Source: Candidatus Rokuibacteriota bacterium
Lineage (GTDB): Bacteria; Methylomirabilota; Methylomirabilia; Rokubacteriales; CSP1-6
Assembly (NCBI GenBank): GCA_016184305.1
Contig: JACPCX010000085.1
Location: 1-11,438 of the forward strand
Direction: 5' to 3'
Length of the DNA: 11,438 nt
The notes under the pieces are model-generated. The model worked only from the letters and a program-made list of their open reading frames with translations, searched no databases and was not told the origin of the DNA. This document shows, in pieces, positions 7,471 through 11,438 of the stretch. Numbering within the stretch: the stretch's first letter is position 1; each line of letters opens with the position of its first letter. The translations under genes and the position numbers were made by a program.

Positions 7471-7499
7471 AGCCTATCGGTAGGCCCGGGGAGTGTCAA
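7471..7499 (-). promoter_or_regulatory. Sigma70 promoter, probably producing a leaderless mRNA
   Basis: Consensus TTGACA (7499-7494), 17-nt spacer, TAGGCT (7476-7471), 7 nt, then ATG 7463; no SD sequence. Confidence 0.75.
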
Positions 7500-7674
7500 G
7501 GCGGCCGTTGGAGACACGCACCTCGTACTGCCTGAAGGCGCGGGGCTGGAGGCGGGAGGCCAGGGCGAAGCCGCCCGAGCGGCAGCGGGCCCGGATCTCG
7601 CGCACGGCCTGCCAGCGCGCGAGCCCGCCATGGGCCTCGACGGCCTCGCGCACGAGGTCGGGGACACCCGTCAT
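7474..7674 (-). pseudogene. Probable 5' fragment of a conserved hypothetical protein (AHGG.xRW type)
   Basis: DLVREAVEAHGGLARWQAVREIRARCRSGGFAL resembles the N-terminus of a longer hypothetical family as I recall it; the frame runs into the downstream promoter and stops after 66 aa. Confidence 0.55.
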
Positions 7675-7704
7675 CGGGCCCGAGGGGCCGCCAGCGCGCG
7701 CGGC

Positions 7705-7806
7705 TCAGTCGTGGGCACGGCGGCCCTCAGCCGGCGGCGAGCTCGCCGCCGGCAGCCCCGCCGCCGCGCGGATCTTGGCCAGCTACCCCGCGTGATCGTT
7801 CCAGGA
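7705..7806 (-). pseudogene. Possible 3' remnant of a DinB/YfiT-like gene with an in-frame stop
   Basis: SWNDHAG*LAKIRAAAGLP...* resembles the C-terminal His-bearing helix (H.gQl..ir) of DinB-like proteins; TAG at 7785-7783 sits where CAG (Gln) would be expected; no 5' part is present. Confidence 0.35.
7730..7753. repeat. Perfect 24-bp palindrome
   Basis: GCCGGCGGCGAGCTCGCCGCCGGC equals its own reverse complement; ~60 nt downstream of the LLM stop; no U-tract. Confidence 0.8.
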
Positions 7807-7811
7807 GGCCT

Positions 7812-8588
7812 CTACTTGGCCAGACTGGGCCAGACCTCGCCCGCCAGCCGCTCCATGGTCTCCAGCACCTCGTCGCCCGAGCCGGTGCGGCAGTGGAAGA
7901 TGGCGTCGGTGGGGCCCAGATCCAGCACCGGCTTGATCTGCTCGGCCACCTGGGCGACCGTGCCCACGAAGACCTTCTCGGGATCCTCCTCGGTGGGGCG
8001 CCGCGTGGCATCGTCCCCGGGACCGACGACGCGGATCCCGTACAGCACCGTCAGCGCGCAATCGCCGGGGGCGCGCCCGGAGGCCGCCACCTGCTCCCGG
8101 AGATAGCCGCAGAGGCCGCGCAGCTCGCCTGCCGGGACGCGGACGGCATGCCAGCCGTCACCGAGACGGGCGGCGCGACGGATTGCGGGACGGCTGTTGC
8201 CGCCCACCCAGATGGGCGGATGCGGCTTCTGGACGGGCTTGGGGAAGCAGCCCACCTCGGGGAAGCGGTAGAAGCGCCCCTCGAAGGAGGCGCGCTCCTC
8301 GGTCCAGAGCGCCTTGAAGATCCGGATCCACTCGTCGGCGGTCTTCGTCGCGCCGGCCAGGAAAGCCAGCAGCGAGAGCGCCTCGAGGTAATCCCACTCG
8401 GGGGGCACGGCGAGCCGCCCCGTGGGACTGTACGGGTACGGGGACTCGACGCGATGGGGGATCACCACGTGATCCGTGACGACCAGCGAGTCGTAGCCGA
8501 GCGCCTCGGCGCGCCGGGCCGTCTCGAGGGCGAAGGGGCCCGTGGCCAGCTCCCCCCAGTTGTTCACCTGAAAGCCGAGCCTGATCAT
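7812..8588 (-). pseudogene. LLM-class (probably F420-dependent) oxidoreductase with an in-frame internal deletion (258-aa ORF)
   Basis: GAGGAG SD, ATG 8588. ARRAEALGYDSLVVTDHVVIP, PKPVQKPHPPIWVGGNSRPAIRRAARLGDGWH. LAGATKT joins directly to ADEWIRIFKALWT, missing the usual IRLGTSV...P...AK...GGR...G.GW...EF block. Confidence 0.8.
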
Positions 8589-8648
8589 GGCCGCTCCTCG
8601 CTGGTGCCGGGTGCCCTCCGCCGCACCCCGGGGGGGGGGCGCGCCCCG

Positions 8649-8699
8649 ATGGTAATCCGGCCCCACGCCATGTCAACGCCGATTCCCGCGGCCCATAAT
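8649..8699. promoter_or_regulatory. Back-to-back divergent sigma70 promoters
   Basis: Minus: TTGACA (8676-8671), 16 nt, TACCAT (8654-8649) toward the LLM gene. Plus: TGTCAA (8671-8676), 17 nt, CATAAT (8694-8699) toward the GGAGGAG/ATG 8727 gene. Confidence 0.55.
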
Positions 8700-8726
8700 G
8701 CGTGCCAGCCTGGAGGAGCCACCCCC

Positions 8727-9291
<565 letters not shown>

Positions 9292-9328
9292 GGCTACGCG
9301 CTCGGAACCAGGGCCCTCGACGGCGTGC

Positions 9329-9772
9329 TCATGAGAGGCGCTCAAGCGCCTCGATGATCTCTTCGTCGCACTTCCCGTCCGGCAACTGACCAAGGATCGC
9401 CCCTACGCCCGTTCCCGGCGCCTGTGGATGGCGAAGGGACCCCTCGGTCAGAGGACCGAAGATGGGCCGCGGGAGGGCGCCCCACAGAGGGAGATCATGT
9501 TCCTCGGCAGGCTCGACCCGCTCGGCCTCAACACGCAACAGCGACCCGGACGGGTCGAATTTCGCGAGACCGGATACGACGCCCGTCTGCCCCCACAGCG
9601 CAGCCCAGGTGGTCAGGTCGAACACCTCACTGGCCACGACCCCGCGCACCTGGACGCCGGACGTCAGCACCAGCGTGAAGATCCGGTCGCTGTACCGGAG
9701 CCCGTCTAGTGTCCCGGCTATCCGGATGCTCTGCCAGCCACCGCGCAACAGGCGACTCCTCCGATTGGTCAC
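9329..9772 (-). CDS. Hypothetical protein (147 aa), possibly the N-truncated C-terminal part of a longer gene
   Basis: GTG 9772 preceded by AGGAGGA; beta-rich SIRIAGTLDGLRYSDRIFTLVL...VVSGLAKF...LLRVEAERVE and acidic tail DEEIIEALERLS. The upstream part of the 254-aa track ORF overlaps DUF4411 and is discarded. Confidence 0.55.
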   Translation of the reverse strand: MTNRRSRLLRGGWQSIRIAGTLDGLRYSDRIFTLVLTSGVQVRGVVASEVFDLTTWAALWGQTGVVSGLAKFDPSGSLLRVEAERVEPAEEHDLPLWGALPRPIFGPLTEGSLRHPQAPGTGVGAILGQLPDGKCDEEIIEALERLS

Positions 9773-9836
9773 TGGGCTTCCTCCTCTGCTCCGGCTCGCG
9801 GCCCATAATACAGGAGCCGGGAGGTAGCCCGTCTGA

Positions 9837-10304
9837 TCACAGTTGCCAGCCGATTTCACGCAGGAACCCGAACCAATCGAGACATGGGATACCGTTGGTC
9901 GCGCAAGCGTCCGGAATCTTGAAGGGCGCCGTCGGTGCGCGCCGGGGGTGCTCGCGGGTGACCACGGTGCCGTGTCGCACGCGCGCGAGGGCAACCACGA
10001 ACGGATCGGCCCGCCCTCGTTCGGCCTCCTCGTTGACGAGCCCCCGGCACTCCCGGATGACCTCAGCGACCGCTTCCATCTGGGCGTCGTCAAGCGGCAC
10101 GAAGAGCCCTTGTCGGCTGCCGAGCGTCGCAGCCAGGATATCCTCTCCTCGCTCGATCTCGTGAAGAACCTCGTCAGGAGACACGATGTGCCCCGTGGCG
10201 ATGGCGCCGTCGAGCCTCTGCCAGAGCGACAGGAATATGTCCGGGGGGTGGTTCCGGCCGATGTGTATCCAGATGCTCGTGTCTACCACGTACGGCGGGG
10301 GCAC
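9837..10304 (-). CDS. DUF4411 family PIN-like protein (155 aa)
   Basis: YVVDTSIWI, PPDIFLSLWQRL, DEVLHEI, RADPFVVALA, VVTRE, KIPDAC: the PIN-type acidic residues and DUF4411 pattern; starts 3 nt after the ImmA stop. Confidence 0.9.
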   Translation of the reverse strand: MPPPYVVDTSIWIHIGRNHPPDIFLSLWQRLDGAIATGHIVSPDEVLHEIERGEDILAATLGSRQGLFVPLDDAQMEAVAEVIRECRGLVNEEAERGRADPFVVALARVRHGTVVTREHPRRAPTAPFKIPDACATNGIPCLDWFGFLREIGWQL

Positions 10305-10307
10305 GCC

Positions 10308-11438
10308 CTAGCCCGCCGCACTCGTGCGCTCGACGACCCCCTCGATATCGGCCAGATGCTTCAGGCGGACGCCCAGGTAGTCGCTGACGTCCGCGAGGGT
10401 GATCCGCTCTCGGTCAAGGGCCTCCAGAACGAGACTCGTGTAGCGGCGCCCGTTATCGCGCACCGCGACCCGAAAGATCGGCGCGAACCCCTCACGCTCT
10501 CGCGCCCGCGCCGCGAGGGCCTGATACCGGGCGAGATACTCCCCTCTCCTGCGATCGTAGAAGTCCTCGGTCGTGAGGCCGAGGATGAGGAGCCGGCGCA
10601 GCACGACCTCCCGGCTGACTGCGAACCGGTCGGCCATCTGCCGGAGCACCTCGTCGCTCCATTCCCGGCGACCGCGGCCGGAAGCCACGAGGGGGTGACC
10701 CAGCAGGGCGTCGCGGGGCACAAGGATGGCGCCAGCGACGCGGTTGCAGTAGACCTCGACGCGCTCGTCGGGAGTGCGCGCGTGACGGCCGACCCGAAGG
10801 GGGTCGCAGACCCCTCCCTGGCTGAGCATGAGATGGGTGAATTCGTGCATCAAGGTGAACACCCGGCCGCGCGGGGCGTCCTTGGCGTTCAACACGACGA
10901 CGGGCAGACGGCGCTCGTCGAGCGAGAAGCCGCGCATCTCGTCCAGGGGAACCTCGCTGGTCTGGAAAACCAGGACGCCCCGTGCCTCGAGAACCGTGAG
11001 CCATGCGCTCAGGGGCTCGTATTCGCCGGCCCACCGAGCCTGGTCCTCCAGGGACACGCCGAGCCACGCGCGCGCCCGAGCGGCGACTTCCTCGGCGTCG
11101 TCGTCCAGCGCGGCTCGCAGCGGGAACTCAGGGACGGAGCGATCCAGATCGCCCAGGAGGTCGAGCGCCACCGCTCGTCGCCGTCGCGCGCGTCGCATCT
11201 CCAGGAGGAGCCCGGATGAGGGGCGGCTGGGCGTCCCGGCGGTGAGACGCCTGAAGTCGTGCAGCGGCACTGGCTGGACGGGCGGATCGCCGAGGAAGAA
11301 AACGGCAAGCGGCCGCTTGTAGACGCTCGCCGCCTTCCGCAGCTGGGCCACGGTGGGCCGAAGTGTCCCTCCCTCCCACTCGGCAAGGCGTTCCGGCTTG
11401 ACGCCGATCTTCTTCGCGGCCTCGTCGGGCGCGAGACC
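10308..11438 (-). CDS. XRE-HTH + ImmA/IrrE (peptidase M78) metallopeptidase; 5' end outside the window
   Basis: Frame is open to the window edge: GLAPDEAAKKIGVKPERLAEWEGGTLRPTVAQLRKAASVYKRPLAVFF (XRE HTH), then RGFS...LNAKDAPRGRVFTLMHEFTHL (HExxH) and EVYCNRVAGAILVP. Confidence 0.93.
   Translation of the reverse strand, partial: GLAPDEAAKKIGVKPERLAEWEGGTLRPTVAQLRKAASVYKRPLAVFFLGDPPVQPVPLHDFRRLTAGTPSRPSSGLLLEMRRARRRRAVALDLLGDLDRSVPEFPLRAALDDDAEEVAARARAWLGVSLEDQARWAGEYEPLSAWLTVLEARGVLVFQTSEVPLDEMRGFSLDERRLPVVVLNAKDAPRGRVFTLMHEFTHLMLSQGGVCDPLRVGRHARTPDERVEVYCNRVAGAILVPRDALLGHPLVASGRGRREWSDEVLRQMADRFAVSREVVLRRLLILGLTTEDFYDRRRGEYLARYQALAARAREREGFAPIFRVAVRDNGRRYTSLVLEALDRERITLADVSDYLGVRLKHLADIEGVVERTSAAG

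Noticed and set aside
7783..7785. In-frame TAG as pyrrolysine or programmed readthrough
   Set aside because: No 5' gene body or start; a CAG-to-TAG change in a remnant is simpler.
9774..9836. Integron attC site
   Set aside because: No RYYYAAC/GTTRRRY core sites flank the hairpin, and there is no integrase or cassette array.

Overview
High-GC bacterial window (roughly 60-80% GC in the lines I counted by hand). The gene mix is reminiscent of Rokubacteria/Methylomirabilota-like genomes, but that is inference only. Left: a minus-strand operon the ORF track largely misses, with a membrane-anchored 7-bladed WD40 protein followed by a >=781-aa RTX protein (N-terminal GHSLGG lipase, FrpC-type self-processing module with Ser-Pro instead of Asp-Pro, Ca-binding nonapeptide repeats) that runs off the left edge. 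Next, a divergent YdcF/DUF218 gene and a small membrane protein. Centre: a tightly coupled, probably leaderless three-gene operon encoding a zinc-ribbon membrane protein, a hidden ArsC-like selenoprotein (in-frame UGA in a UxxC motif with a clear SECIS hairpin) and a membrane class III nucleotide cyclase with a periplasmic CxxCH heme-c motif and a guanylyl-cyclase-type Glu. Right: about 2.3 kb of truncated or internally deleted genes (LLM oxidoreductase, CMD/AhpD-like, hsdM and others), then an intact-looking XRE-ImmA/IrrE peptidase + DUF4411 PIN-like pair running off the right edge. No rRNA, tRNA, CRISPR array or transposase was recognised. All family calls come from motif reading, not database searches.
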